64,000 bases of DNA from Felis catus (Eukaryota). Made by a program: the position numbers and the translations under genes. The notes below the pieces were generated by a model, which was given only the letters and a program-made list of their open reading frames with translations, was not told where the DNA came from and searched no databases. The stretch covers positions 146,632,001-146,696,000 of the forward strand of contig NC_058368.1 of assembly GCF_018350175.1 (NCBI RefSeq), read 5' to 3'. This document shows positions 10,737 to 24,312 of this stretch, in pieces. Each line of letters opens with the position of its first letter. The first letter of the stretch is position 1.

Positions 10737-13700
10737 AGTTTTAATAACCTTTTGATAGAATCCTTAGGATTTTCTATATATAGTCCCTTTCATTTGTAAT
10801 CTTATCGTAAGGAAGTAGACTTGTCATGTCATACACCCCTTGAAGCATGTGACAGTCATTTGCTGTAAGGTTTTGATGTCAAGATCTCTTGGAGTTCTGA
10901 ATCAAAAGAATGTCTTTGGAAATACAGTGACCATTTACCTTTCAGCTGTGAAAAGTTAAAAAAAAAAAAAGCCAAACTAGGCTTATCCGCCTGTGTAGAC
11001 CTGCAGCCATACTGTGCCTGTCAAATCAAATAGCACATTCAATCTCTTATATATTTTGAAGACTCAGACACCCAGAAATGTTTCAGAACCTCTTTCTCAC
11101 TCTAATTAAAATCTTACTGCTCTGTCAGTAGGAAAGAATGAGATCCGACATCCTGAAAACCATAAAAATATGTTTAAATTTTAGTGAGGCTTCCTGTCTC
11201 AAATTGATATACATGAAATCTTGTATAATAATGCATTGACATATATGTAGATTCCTATCTGATTTGGAGCATGTTAACGATCACAGCCAATGGATGACAA
11301 TTTTTTTAAATAATTAATTAAAAGTTAAAAAGTTCAAAGCTTTATCTCAAGCCACATCATGTTTCTCCTTCAGTCTAAAAACAAGTGAGAAATCTGAAAG
11401 GTGCTGATCGGGCTTTCCAGTCTCATTATCTCCAAATTAGAAATAATGCCTGCCTACCACTAGAAATGGAGTGAGGTGACGGTGGCAGCCTCGGAGGTTT
11501 GCTTGTCACTATTAACAGAAGGGTGGTCTCTGTGCAGGTGAAAGAGCATATCTTAGGGGAATTGACGTGACTTTGAATGACCTTCAAATATCAGTCGTCA
11601 AGATTATTTAGCAGTGTGTTAGCTGTTCATCAAGCATATACAGCCAATGGATTTTGTGACCCAGAGAATAATGAGCATTAGTCTTCGATGCTTTGATCAT
11701 GTCTATATAGACACAGACAAAAAAGAGAGAGCAAGAATAAGAGAGTGAAAGAGGGCAAGAGAGAGACAGAGGAAGAAAAAGAAAAGAGAAACCTCCTTTG
11801 AAACTTAAAAATCCCAAACTTCAGAGCTAATAATAATTGTGCTGACTTACTCTCATCACCAGGAAACTTGCCGTAAGTGGTTTTATTATATCAGTATTTA
11901 GAAGCTCATCCCATATGGCTACTTCCAGCTCACGCACTGTAGCTACTTTGCATACATTTATTACTTATTTTCACTTAAATAGCGAGGAAATATAGTCACA
12001 TTGATAAATCTTAACCTTCCTTAAAGTGAAAGACAGAGAGTTCTGTTCTCAAATGAGTAAAGTGAATCATGATTCGTTTATAAGTACTTATTTTCAGACT
12101 GGACAATTTACAATAAAAGGGTTATGAGCACAAATAAACAGGAAAAAAAAAACCCATTTATCACACTACCCAGCAAACATACCCAGTGAGGAAACTGATG
12201 AGATCTCAGCTTTGACTCTCTGTCGGCTTAGTCCAGGAGAGAATTGAATATGACCTGCCCCTGCCAATTCCCTTTTCCTCCTTGGTATTCATAAGGAATT
12301 GTCAGCAAGAGGGAACACTCTTATCGTAGCTTTGCTCTAGGTCCGGCTCTTTAATAATTTTTCCGAGTTACTCCTGGGTATAAACTCTAGCTTTGGAATG
12401 ATGTGGGTCATTTTAAACGTTTGATTTGTTTTCATCATCGCTTGCCTTTTAGTCTCTGTCATTCTTTAGTCTGCCAAGAAGCCGCTTGTCCATTTAGCAA
12501 TCAGAAGTGTGGGAAAAGAACACGCATGGTCCAATTTCCAGGGAGTCTTGTAGCAGTTAGTTGTCAAATGAAAGTATTTTATTTTCTCAATATTTCTGGT
12601 GGTGTTAATTCCCACAGTTAAGGTAAATTTAATTTGTGGGATGTCACCAGATATTAAAGTCTCACAAGCAGTATCTTCCAGTTCCTTCTAGGACATCCCT
12701 AGAAAGTTAAAATAACAGGAATAATTTAAGTTAACATTTAAGTTGAGATTTTGGAAAAATACGCATTAAGGTACTGCATATGTGTTTTTCAAATGGATAT
12801 GTAAATTATACTATGTGTGAAATCCTCTGTTCTGCATCGTTATATCTTATGTGTTACTAATGTGAGCATATATGTATACACCTTAATGAATTCTTACTTA
12901 TACTAACTTAAATGAACTTGTCATTTTATGGTAAGTAATGTATTGTTTTGTGTATGTAAAACATTTTGTATATTTATTTCTTCATGTTTCATTTGCTCTC
13001 TTTCAAGAAAAATTAAGTATTCTCTCATAGGTGGATAACATTTAGAAACACCTTCCAAATCTGTGCTCTAGTTATAAATTTGATAGTAAGCATCTTCTAG
13101 GTGTAGCTACTTTGATGAGGCTACTTCTAGAAGTGAGACAGTTGACTCATCCTCAACTTATACAAGTATGTTTGCCTTCCAGGAAGGCAACTATCCAGTA
13201 AATCTAAAGTACATTAAATGGCTTAGTTATAAGTATTGAGGTGTAGAAATAGAACACAATCCTGTCCTATGTTCGTAAGATAGGCATTTTCTCTCACAAA
13301 ATTCTGCTGTGATTCAGAAGGAAATTTTACTACCTACATCAGAGGCAAAAGGGTGCCTTTAGGATACCTTCGGGGTGGAAACTTCTACAACCTGACCAAT
13401 TAAGTCATGTTGCAAAGAGAGAAACTAAGTAAAAGCACTGAGTTGCTTTGCTTGATTTCCCATGTTTGCTTTCTCTTTGTCTTGTTTCCTTGGTTCTGGA
13501 TTTGCCTTTGCCTCTGAACTTCAGACTTTATGTATTGGTGCATCCTCTTATGATCATTCATTTTTGGACCAAGGCTGGAGTTACATTATTCTTACTGGTC
13601 CAGGCTTTATATCTGTCTCATTTCATTCCACTGTGTTATAGTTTAGAACACATCATTTGACCTATAAATAATTCCTGACTATGGCTTTAAAAACTGAAAG

Positions 13701-13910
13701 TAGATCAGTGGAGACATTGAAAATCTTAACATCTTGACTGTTTTCTCAGTGTAAAAGTGGTCAATGTTTAGCTTAGAATCTGCAGTTCTTTTTTCTTATG
13801 GGCTATGCTTTCTTTCTGTGGGAAAGCTCTGTGCCTACAATTTATTATTGAGGAGAAATCCTGTTGCTTTTATCAGCTCTTGCTTGGTTTACTTTTTTTC
13901 AAAAAGATAT

Positions 13911-14122
13911 TTTTAAAATGTATATTTATTTATTTTTAGAGAGAGACAGAAGAGCACAAGCAGGGAGAGGGGGCGAGAGAGAGGAGAGGGAGAATCCCAA
14001 GCAGACTCCTTGCTGTCTAGCACAGAGCCCAACACGGAGCTCGATCCCATGAACTGTGAGATTGTGACCTGAGCTGAAATCAGGAGTCAGAAGTTTAACC
14101 AACTAAGCCACCCAGGTGCCAC
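13911..14122 (-). mobile_element. CanSINE (older)
   Basis: Antisense SINE flanked by aaaagatat. Confidence 0.88.
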
Positions 14123-14132
14123 CAAAAGATAT

Positions 14133-14347
14133 ATATATATTTTTTAACGTTTATTTATTTTTGGGACAGAGAGAGACAGAGCATGAACGGGGGAGGGGCA
14201 GAGAGAGAGGGAGACACAGAATCGGAAACAGGCTCCAGGCTCCGAGCCATCAGCCCAGAGCCCGACGCGGGGCTCGAACTCACGGACCGCGAGATCTTGA
14301 CCTGGCTGAAGTAGGACGCTTAACCGACTGCGCCACCCAGGCACCCC
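14133..14347 (-). mobile_element. Young SINEC_Fc-type SINE
   Basis: CpG-rich and near-identical to copies at 31562 and 44611; TSD caaaagatat. Confidence 0.93.
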
Positions 14348-14987
14348 CAAAAGATATTTTTTTAAAAAATGAATTTGTGTGTTCAGCTTTTAAATACCAT
14401 CTTAGACGCTTCATCAAGGCTCCCTGGTCTCCCCAGCCTCCTGTGCTCACTGGCAGTCTTTGATGCAACCCTGGGAGGCAATGAACCTCATGTGCCCTTT
14501 GCTTTGTACTCTAGTTTTTTGGCTCCTGCTTTGATGCTGTTTGGTTACCTGGTTTACTTTGCTTCTATCTTAAATCAGGTTGACACATAGGCAACCAGAA
14601 ACATAACACTAAGTTATACTTGCTGTGGATTTGCTGAGTCTGGAAAACAATGCTGTGAAACAGATCCATGGACTTAATTAGTATTCTCTGAGTAAAAGAA
14701 AGTTCTCCAATCAAATGGTTTACACATCATGACTTCCTTGTGGGGACTATCAATAAATACTATAATACTAAATGCTCTGATGAGTCTTGCATAGAAAAAA
14801 CCTGTCATATGAATTGTATTTGTTTTCTAAATGCAGTTGTCCTTGCAACCTCTTTTCTGTAGAACACCTGCTCACATCTCAGGGGTCACCAGTTTTCGAC
14901 ACAAGACATTTTGGGAAATTATGTTCGTTGAACATGGACCATAAGTTAACAACCTTTCTGATCCACATCTTCAACAATAAACTTTTA

Positions 14988-15203
14988 GGGATGCCTGGGT
15001 GGTTGAGTCGGTTAAGCGGCCGACTTCAGCTCAGGACATGATCACATGGTTTGTAGGTTTCAGCCCCACATCAGGCTCTGTGCTGACAGCTCAGAGCCTG
15101 GAGCCTACTTTGGATTCTGTGTCTCTCCCTCTCTCTGCCCCTTCCCTGCTTGTACTTGCTCTCTCTGTGTCTCTCTCTCAAAAAATAAATAAACATTAAA
15201 AAA
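14988..15203 (+). mobile_element. CanSINE (SINEC)
   Basis: gggatgcctgggtggttgagtcggttaag head and A tail. Confidence 0.9.
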
Positions 15204-15304
15204 ATAAGCTTTAAAAAGGTTAATCCTGATTTAAACAACAAGTTACCTACACTTATATTATGTTAGAAATGCTAAAGGATTGTCTAATTAAAACTAGGCG
15301 TATA

Positions 15305-15533
15305 GGAGCGCGTGGGTGGCTCAGTCAGTTCAAGTGTCTGACCTCAGCTTAGGTCATGATCTCATGGTTCGTGAGTTCGAGCCCCGTGTCAGGCTCTGTG
15401 CTGTCAGCTTGGAGCCTGGAACCTGCTTCAGATTCTGTGTCTCCCTCTCTCTCTGCCCCTTCCCTACTCAAGCTCTGTCTCTTCTGTCTCTCTTAAATAA
15501 ATAAACATTGAAAAAAACTAAAAAAAGAAAACC
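15305..15533 (+). mobile_element. CanSINE (SINEC)
   Basis: gggtggctcagtcag head, gttcgagccc B-box, A tail. Confidence 0.9.
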
Positions 15534-18500
15534 AAACAGGCATGTAGTGAATACAACAATACTTGACTGGAGTTATAGGTGTGTTAGGAATCAAAGACAC
15601 TTAGTAATATGAACTAGTTCAGTTACTACTCTGCGTTCCCTTTGACTCACCTATTCTTTTTTTCTGGTTTGGGTTTCTATATAAAACTGTTGCTAGGACA
15701 TTCTGGAATATTTTTAAAAAGTATAAGATGTCCTGGCCCTAATATTTTGAGGTTGATACATAGGAAGGGAAAAGTTTGAATAAGTTAATTTTTCTCATTT
15801 TTGGTATAGACTGTTCATTCTAACAGGTTCAAGATACAGTAAGATAATTCTGTAGTGTGGATACTTTACTATATTATTAGATTTTTGAAGTGGGCAAAAT
15901 AATGTTCATGTTAAACATGAACATGTTAACATGTTAACATAACATAACATAAACATGTTAAATCGTGATTTAGGAGGTGTTAAATATTTACTTTTTAGAA
16001 ATGAGTTAAAATAAATATTTTTCTTTTCTTTTGCTCATCTTGAAATAAAACAATTTGCCATATATATTTATAAATGAATTATTTTGATTGTCACTTTAAA
16101 CTAAACTCAATGCCAATTAACTATTTTTTTTTCAACTGAGTTAAATGAAACCTCATGGTGGTATCTTTTTCGACATTTTTTTTTTTTGCAGTGTTGGAAA
16201 AATTCCTACATATAAAGGAAAATAAGATGACTTTAGGAATTATGGAATTTAATCAAATAAGTAAAATAATTATTTTATGAGTATTGGATAGATGGATGGA
16301 AATTGTATCCTGCAAATGAATTAAATAATTGATATTGTGATATAATGTCAGATTTAACAAGAGTTTCTATATGAAAAGTTCTATAAGGGTAGGTCTTTAT
16401 TAATTTAATAATAATAAGGGAATTCTCTTTGTAACCTACCAGCATCTTCTGAAACCTTTCTTTCTTTTATTACCCCAGACATGTTTGCGGTTTAAAACAG
16501 GGAAACCAGTTACCCATGAAATCATGCTGTTATTTTTTTTTCATTAGCCGTTTGGTCTGGCCATTTTTGGAGAAGTTGATTTCCCCCAACATCTAGACTA
16601 ACATTGCTGCTTGGAGTAGCAGAGTTTTACTCAATCGGTTACATTTCTCTGCCCTGCTCTGGTTGGCTGATCGCTCTTATTACTTTAAAAGAACAGTAAA
16701 TTTTGCCTCCAAGTCGAAGTACGTCAGGACGTAGGAAACTAAGGCAATAGAGTGATATTCCAGCTGTAATAACAAATGCAAGTGTTCTACCTTGGAGGAA
16801 AACGAATTGGCACGCAGCCCATGTTCACACTTGCATTCCTTTGAAGTGAATGAGGCCACTGGAGGACACAGACACAGTCTGTCTGCCTTTCCCTGTGTTG
16901 CTTTAAGCCAAATCCATAGGTGAGATGAATCAGCTGTTCTGGACAGCAGCTATACCCAAAGGTCTGCTTCAGTGAGCTGTTTTTAATGTGCTGCTTGGGA
17001 AGGATGGAAGAAAAATAGCACCTTGTTTCTTAGCAAGAACTTGAAATTCCGTTCACTTAACAAGCATCATTGATACATGCTACGTAACTGGTACTGTGAC
17101 TCTTATGCTTTTACAGCTTGTTAGGGAGGGAGGTAGTGCAGGAATGGGGAGGAGGAACTTGTGTTGCTGTAGTGTATTTTTGGATTTGAGATTACTGACC
17201 TTGCCAGCCTAGACAATTAAGGACAAAAACCTATTCTCACGTCTACCTTACTCTTTTCAGTCAGGTAAAAGTCATTTTCTCTCTCTTCTTCAAATAGCTC
17301 TTGTAGGGATTTGGCCTAGTTTCCTCAGCAGCAATTTTAGATTTAGACTGACAAAAATTGGTATGTGTGATTTGGCCATTCTTCCCGTGACTAATTTTTC
17401 TTGTTTTAGAAAGCTATCGCACACTCAGAGAGAGTAATGGCTCTATTCATTTTTAACAAATGCTTGTTACATCTGGATTTAGTCAGGTGAGGATCCAAAT
17501 CATGAGAGCTCTAGAGTCCCCGTTGTCTAATATATCGCAGAATCGGAAACAGGACCCGCGGCTGCTGCAGTGATGGACTATTGATATTTTAGCTTCTTCC
17601 TCTCTGCCACATTTTATATTCCTCCTGCCTGATGGATTAGCTTAGGTATTCTCTACTTCTGCCTCTGTCTTTGAGCCACTTGTACTCAACTGTGAAAAGC
17701 ATCATTTGATTTGCACTGAATTTATTTCAGCCAATTGTTTTGTTAGCTGTCCAAGTACCAATTTAACAAACTCTCTGACGTTTCCGGAATATTTTATTGT
17801 GACATGTTAAATTATAATGAACATATTCTCTGCCAGTTGGGCCTGGTGATGAACAAAGTAAATGTTCAGCCTTTCTTTGTTAATCAATAAACAAATGTAG
17901 GAGTTTCTCAACCCTAGTTAGCACCCCTGCTAGCATATGTAGTTATCTTTGTGAGAACTGGAAAAAGGACAGACAGATTGCAAGAGGTATTCACCATGGA
18001 CAGAGTAGGTAGAAAAGAAAAAGGTGCCCCTTCCTTCAGGGGACTTTGGTCACTTTGACCAGTTGAGTGGAAGCTAATGTTGGCCTCCATTCACTCTGAG
18101 CCCCCGGCTGACATAACAATCACACAGCCCCAGCAGGCCTCACATATAACAGCATTCCATCTTGCTTCTGTCTCTTCCTACCTTCAAACCTTGTAGTTTT
18201 TCTTGTTTTGTCGTTTAATTTGATAGGAGTGAATCCATTTTGATGGTAGAGATATGTGAGAAGGAAGGTCTGAGAACTACTGTTTGCTTTCAGGTTGACC
18301 AAAGTGAAATAACCTTGGTGACATTTCAATACAGTTTCCCTTTCCAGCATGCATTGTTAAGTACATTGCAGGCTTTTTCACTGAAGAGAAAACTCATTTT
18401 CCAGATAGTAATCCAAAGAATCCATTGGAAAGGTCTGTTCATTTTAAAGAATTTATCATAACTTATTATCAAATGATTGCTTCTGTATATCCGTAGGCCA

Positions 18501-18749
18501 TAAAAGCAGTCATCTGATAATAAAGTTAATATATATGAACTTTTCTGGTATGTGTTATTTCTTATTATACATGAATAGTACTGAAATTGGGTAATTGTTA
18601 TGTTTACTGCTTTAAAGTATCAGAAGCTGCCAGTTTACCATGAAAAAAGTATTATATCCTTCTACCTCGCCCCACCCACCCATAAACTGGAAAGGAATGA
18701 ATCGTAAAACTTAGAGTTTTGTTTTGTTTTTACTCTCTTCTTATTCCAG

Positions 18750-19043
18750 GTGACGTGTTCCATATCACTGCTCCCAATAAATTTACCTTTGAGGAGGCTG
18801 AAGAAGAGTGTGAAAACCAGGATGCCCGGCTGGCGACAGTGGGGGAACTCCAAGCAGCTTGGAGGAATGGCTTTGACCAGTGCGATTATGGGTGGCTGTC
18901 GGATGCCAGCGTTCGCCATCCTGTGACTGTGGCCAGGGCCCAGTGTGGAGGTGGTTTACTTGGGGTGAGAACCCTGTATCGTTTTGAGAACCAGACAGGC
19001 TTCCCTCCCCCTGATAGCAGATTTGATGCCTACTGCTTTAAAC
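18750..19043 (+). CDS. VCAN: Versican exon 6 (link module B'), 294 nt
   Basis: Acceptor ttcttattccag|; [17 protein letters not shown]...[15 protein letters not shown]...FDAYCFK; donor C|GTAAGT; phase 1-1. Confidence 0.96.
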
Positions 19044-21589
19044 GTAAGTGTTTGCTACCTTTTTAAAAATTACAGATTTTTAAAACATACTTCGAAGACA
19101 TGCATTGGTGTTCAACTGATGGGAATGGATCCCATGTCTTGCCGTGTGTGCACAGAATGGAAACAGTTCAATGACTTCTGAAGGCAAATAAATGGAACAG
19201 CAGCAATATGGTTAAAACAGGAGGAAGTTTGACAAATGCTATTTTTGAAGTGATAAGGAAATGTCGAGTTGAGGTCTTAACAGTGCTTCCATTGCACCTA
19301 GAACCAGAGAACACATTTCCGATTAGTTTTTTTTTTTTTTTAACATTAATTGCAGTCCTTAAATGTAATTAGAGTGTTGGTGCTATAATGTTGAGGCCAA
19401 CTATAGCTGAGTTGAATTCTTGAATTCTGCTTCTTTTGTCTTTGGTATGTCTTTCTTTGAAATGGCGGAGAATTCAAATTTCAGTAATTGCAGGTGAGTA
19501 CTTGGAACCGAGATGGATAATCATAATGTTCAATTAATTCCTAACAAGGAACCATGCTGTAAATAAAAATCTCCATTTATCTTATTTTATTTCAGGTCAT
19601 GGAAATACGTGCCTTCTCATCATTAATTCTGTAGTACATATTGATGTGCAGTATATGTTGTTTGCAAGGTGTAACATAGCCTACTTTCAGTTTGGTTTGC
19701 TACTTAAAACTGATCTTAAGTAACATTTATCCATACATGATTTACTTATTTAAAATTATCAGATGTCCTTAAGTTATTTTAGCAGTCGTAGCCACACAGT
19801 ATGCTTGTAGAATTTGCTTGGTCAAACAAGCAAGTAGTCTAGAGTCTCACTGTGACTTTTACTGGTCTGTATTGTGATAGCAAAACAAAAATTTCCTAGA
19901 ATTTGGGGGAGTATATTCAAAGTAGAGCCATGTCATATTGAAATATAGTGAAAGGTTTTTACTAAGTTTCCAATATATCTTGTTTTAGCTATGTGTAACT
20001 GAAACAAGTAGAAAATACACTCGCTTATTATGTAATTGGTTTCTAAAGTGAAACACACAGGCATTCTTTGTCAACCAAAAAGTCATGCTAGGATGTCTGA
20101 GTATTCCACAGAATAGACGTTAGTGCAATGGAAAGGCACTGACATGTTGCTGCCTCCCTGCTAAGGGGCCTTTGCCCACATCTCCTCCCATTGACTCAAC
20201 TCTCTGAGTGTGAAAGCCATGTTTTGTGTTTTGGCATGGTACAAGCTGGCTATACAAAGCCATTGAAAATACTAACTTTTGTTCCTAGACTGAAACGATA
20301 GAAAAGGTCTTCCTTAGTTACTTTTTGGGGGGCGGGGGAAGGAATTAAAACAATAATAAGGAAAGCCTATCTCTAAAAGTAGAAAGATATACATTTTTTT
20401 TAAGCCACAATCTCCTAACAGTGACTTTCAAGTAGTTCAAGCTCTCAAATCAGTTTTACATTAAGTGACTATGATTAAGAACTAAAATCAGATTGCTGTT
20501 GGGATGTTTAATTAGGGAAGAAGTGGAATTATCCAACCTGACTATCTTGTTAGATTGCATTTTCTCTTGCTTTATATAAAACTGGCAAGACAAAACTTTT
20601 AAACAACCTTTTTTTTTTTCACCCCTAGGGTAAAACTTAAACCAAAGGCTGTCTGTAGCCACAAAGAATTCATCCTGATGTGTTTTAAATTATTTATTTA
20701 AATGAGGAATTCACATGAATGTATGAAATAAGATATTTCTATTCAAATACAATAATTACCTACTAAAAATCTACATAAAATCTGAGAAAAGTTTGAAAAT
20801 TCAGGTCTAGTTTCCTTTTTTTTCCCCTCTAATTCATTTGAATTCATATAACTTGGAAATATATAACTTCCAAATATCATGATTCAAATTTTGTTTTTTT
20901 TTTTTCCAAACCAAAGGGTAATCTCATCTAATACAAATCTAATCTAAGGGTTAGATTCTTGTTTATTTCTTTCCTAAAACCTACTATATTCAAAATTGAT
21001 TGGGCATATACAAAATTTAGAAGGCTCAGTCATAACATAAAAATCTTTCTTAGTCTTTCTTAAACTACATGCAGTGCCAACTGCTTCCCCAAATTGCTAA
21101 ATCTTTTTTCAAGGATTCTTTCAATGTATATATTTTAAACAATGTAAAACATACTCTCAAAATGACTTGACTGCTGTTCACTTTTCCCACACAGTTGAGG
21201 TGTGACTAAGTTTTTAGGGTAAAGTTTATAAGAGTTGTGACCTTAGCAACAGTTCCAAAAGTGATTCCAGAGATGTATAGCTGTTTGGTCAAGCAGGGGA
21301 ATTTAGAAGTATAACCATATTTTTCTTGTTTGCTTTTTACCAAATGTAGATGGTGTTTTTAAGCCACTTCCTGGTGAATGAACAATTGTAAAACCTCACT
21401 TATAATTCTATTTTCCTTTGAACATTACTGAATAGAAATTTAACAATGGCTGATGACAAACATAATTAGAATCTTTCATGTCAAGTTGATTTTAAAAAAC
21501 CAGGAAATTAATACATTTGTGAAATAAAATTTTCCTCTGTTATTTCCCTGTGACAATTAAACTAAATTGTGCACTTTTGATTTTTTCCA

Positions 21590-22000
21590 AGGTTGGAGAC
21601 TTAGGACTTTGAAAGATCACCCATACATCCCCAAATTTGAGCGAATCAAAGCCATTCAAGACTCATGATAATCTCTCATGTAATATCATTAATGATCTCC
21701 AAGCCAGGGACATACAGCACGTTTCCCAGAAAAACCATTCTAATATCCCATTACCATTATTCTCAGATAATTTTTCTGATTATTTAAATTCATTGCATTA
21801 GACGTTGAGCCCTTTTTTCCTTTTTAACTTGGAGACCAAAATCTAAATAACAGCCATATCTATTATTGAACACAATTGTTCATTTGTCCCTAGGCATCTT
21901 CCTCAACTGAAACAATGTCCTTGTTTTGAAATGTTAATTCTAAGCCCCTGGATCATCTATGTGATCTTGCTTTGAACCTTCATTATTTTTTATATCCCTC
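21590..22000 (-). mobile_element. Possible ancient CR1/L3 relic
   Basis: Weak resemblance (ctgaaacaatgtcc, ccctggatcatc...ctttgaacc) to antisense CR1; boundaries approximate. Confidence 0.3.
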
Positions 22001-23705
22001 TGTTTGATTAAGCTAGGGAGCTAGAAATTATGGTTTAGAGAAGGTGAAATAAATTCTCACCACTTCATATGCTACATTTTCACCTATTTGTTCACTTTTA
22101 AAAGTACCCTACCCTTCTAACCTTTGGGGTGCTTCTTATTCTCTTCGTGCCCTCGATCATAATCTGATCATAGGCACCCAACTAATCTTTCCCTAAATGG
22201 TATTTTAAATATGTTTTCTGTTTATTGAACTTCAATCTGTTAGCATTCAATCACTCACTCATAAAACTTTTTAAAAATAGTTTGAATTCTAATACCACGG
22301 TTCCAACCTTTACGCTTTATTTAACAATGAACTCAGAATCAACTTATTGAATATCCACTCTATTTGTGAATTCTCATGTTTACAGTTATTCACGTATAAG
22401 ACATTTTCATATAGAAGAACTAATTTGAAATTAATAATTTTCATATAATGTACGCATCCTGGGTGTGTGTTAAATCGACTGTCGTGCTGCTAATAGGGGC
22501 TTTATGTTTTATTGGGAAAATCTGCCTCGTGTCTTATAACAGAAGCACAAAGAAGATAGTCCATAGGACATAAAATATATAAGTACAGTGATCCAAAACA
22601 TCTGTATGGCAGACAGCTGCAAAGGTTGGAAGGGAGCTTTGTGGGAAAAGAAGTATGCTGATTTCTGTTGGCTTTCTCATTAATGAAGTTGAAAGAACAC
22701 TGGTAGTTTTCCAGTTCAGAGATCTCTCCATGTGAATTCTTCTGGGAGGACACTTTTGGAATAAATTGGAGTTGCATTTTCACCTTTATGATAGTCATCA
22801 TTAATATAGCAGCCTTTATTCTTAAGATACCTCTTTGTAGATATTTGTGGTTTTTGAAATTATTTCCTCTTCTTGAAATGGTTGAAGCAAATGGCACAGA
22901 TAATCAGATATTCTGAGTTAGGATGGAAATCAGCTGTTAAACTGACGAAAAAGCCACCCAACCCCAAAGGAAGTCTGAGGTTTTCCATTCCAAATAGTAG
23001 AATTAATTAAATTATAAGCAGACTTTTAAACAGAGCTCTAAAATTATTGAAAACCCTTGTTTGTGAAAACAAAGTCACAGAAATCCTGGCTTTGTAAGGG
23101 AGATTCTCTGAGACGTAGTGCCGTTGCTTTCCCATGCTCCAGGACTAGAGGAAGGCAACACCAAATGGTACGGTAATAATCGACAGTGACGTACAGTTTC
23201 ATCTTTAAAATATGAGTCCTTCATTTTTGGAACACTATAGAAGCATTTTCATAGCATCATAGAAAGTTGCTAGCACGGAACTTGGATTGAGACATAGGAC
23301 AACCTGATCCACAGGCCTTCTGTTTGACCCTAATGCCATATCATCGCCTTTTAAGTTAATTTCATCAGCCACGAAAATACTCTGAGAAAAGCAAAATCAG
23401 CTCTCTTGCTGTCATTAACAATAATGCGATTAATTTTTCTCTAATAAGCAGTGTCATAAGTGTTTATGTTATGTTTCCATGGGAACTTTTTCTGCATGTA
23501 TATTTTACTATTTCCCAAAAGAAAGCTGTTATAAGACAAACATGATATTTGGCAGTAAAATGAGGTAACAGTTATGGAATTTCAGAGGATAGAGAATTGA
23601 ATTAGAAGAAAAAGAGTCAACCACACTTTGGCTCCTTTAGTTGTTCATGTCAATCAAAACAGACCAAAGCCTCTTCCAGGAAATGAATATAGAAAAGGCT
23701 TTTCT

Positions 23706-23709
<4 letters not shown>

Positions 23710-23748
<39 letters not shown>
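23710..23748. repeat. (AG)n microsatellite
   Basis: AG run with one interruption. Confidence 0.95.
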
Positions 23749-23997
23749 TTATTTAGTATGTTTTTGTTTAGTTTTGTTCCAACACAAAAGGGTAAATAGT
23801 GACAGACTTCGAGGAATATTCAAATGTTACCATACTGTAAATGACCAGCAAGTTTTCATTATAAAATTCGTGGATCTGAGCTTTAGAATGGTCTGCAGAA
23901 TGACCACAGCTAATAACAGCTCATAGCAAACAAAAATAAACAACATGTTACAACTCAAGTCTGATTTACAACAAAGTCACATCATCCTATCTTCAAA

Positions 23998-24312
23998 TTT
24001 TCTAATAGACTTTAGTTTTTAGAGTAGTTTTTAGTTTTTAGGTTCACAGTGAAAGTCAGTGGAAAGTGCAGAGGTTTCCTATTTACCTCCTGCCCCCTCT
24101 GGTGCGTAGCCTTCCCCATTGTCAGCATCCCACACCAGAGTGGTACATTTGTTACAATTGATGAATGCATGTGGACTTACCATAATCAAAGTTCATAGTT
24201 TACATAAAGGCTCATCTTTTATGTTGTACATTCTGTGGGCTTGGACAAATATGTGATGACATATATTTACAATTCTAGTATCATACACAGCAGTTTCAGT
24301 GTCCAAAGATCA
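23998..24312 (-). mobile_element. L1MC-type 3' end
   Basis: catcccacaccagagtggtacatttgttacaattgatgaa...catagtttacat...tgtacattctgtggg matches the antisense L1MC 3' UTR as recalled. Confidence 0.75.

Larger units (their letters stand above)
8845..10785 (-). mobile_element. Old L1 fragment (ORF2 3' region), interrupted by three younger insertions
   Basis: Antisense L1 hallmarks: atagccatcctaatgggt, tttgcccatttttaattggg, ggatatccagttgtcccagcatcatttgttg, attgcatcgaatctctagatcactttg. Confidence 0.85.

Noticed and set aside
15902..15960. Cluster of CATG cores as a p53 response element
   Set aside because: Core spacings are 9, 6, 8 and 24 nt rather than 10, and the half-sites are imperfect.
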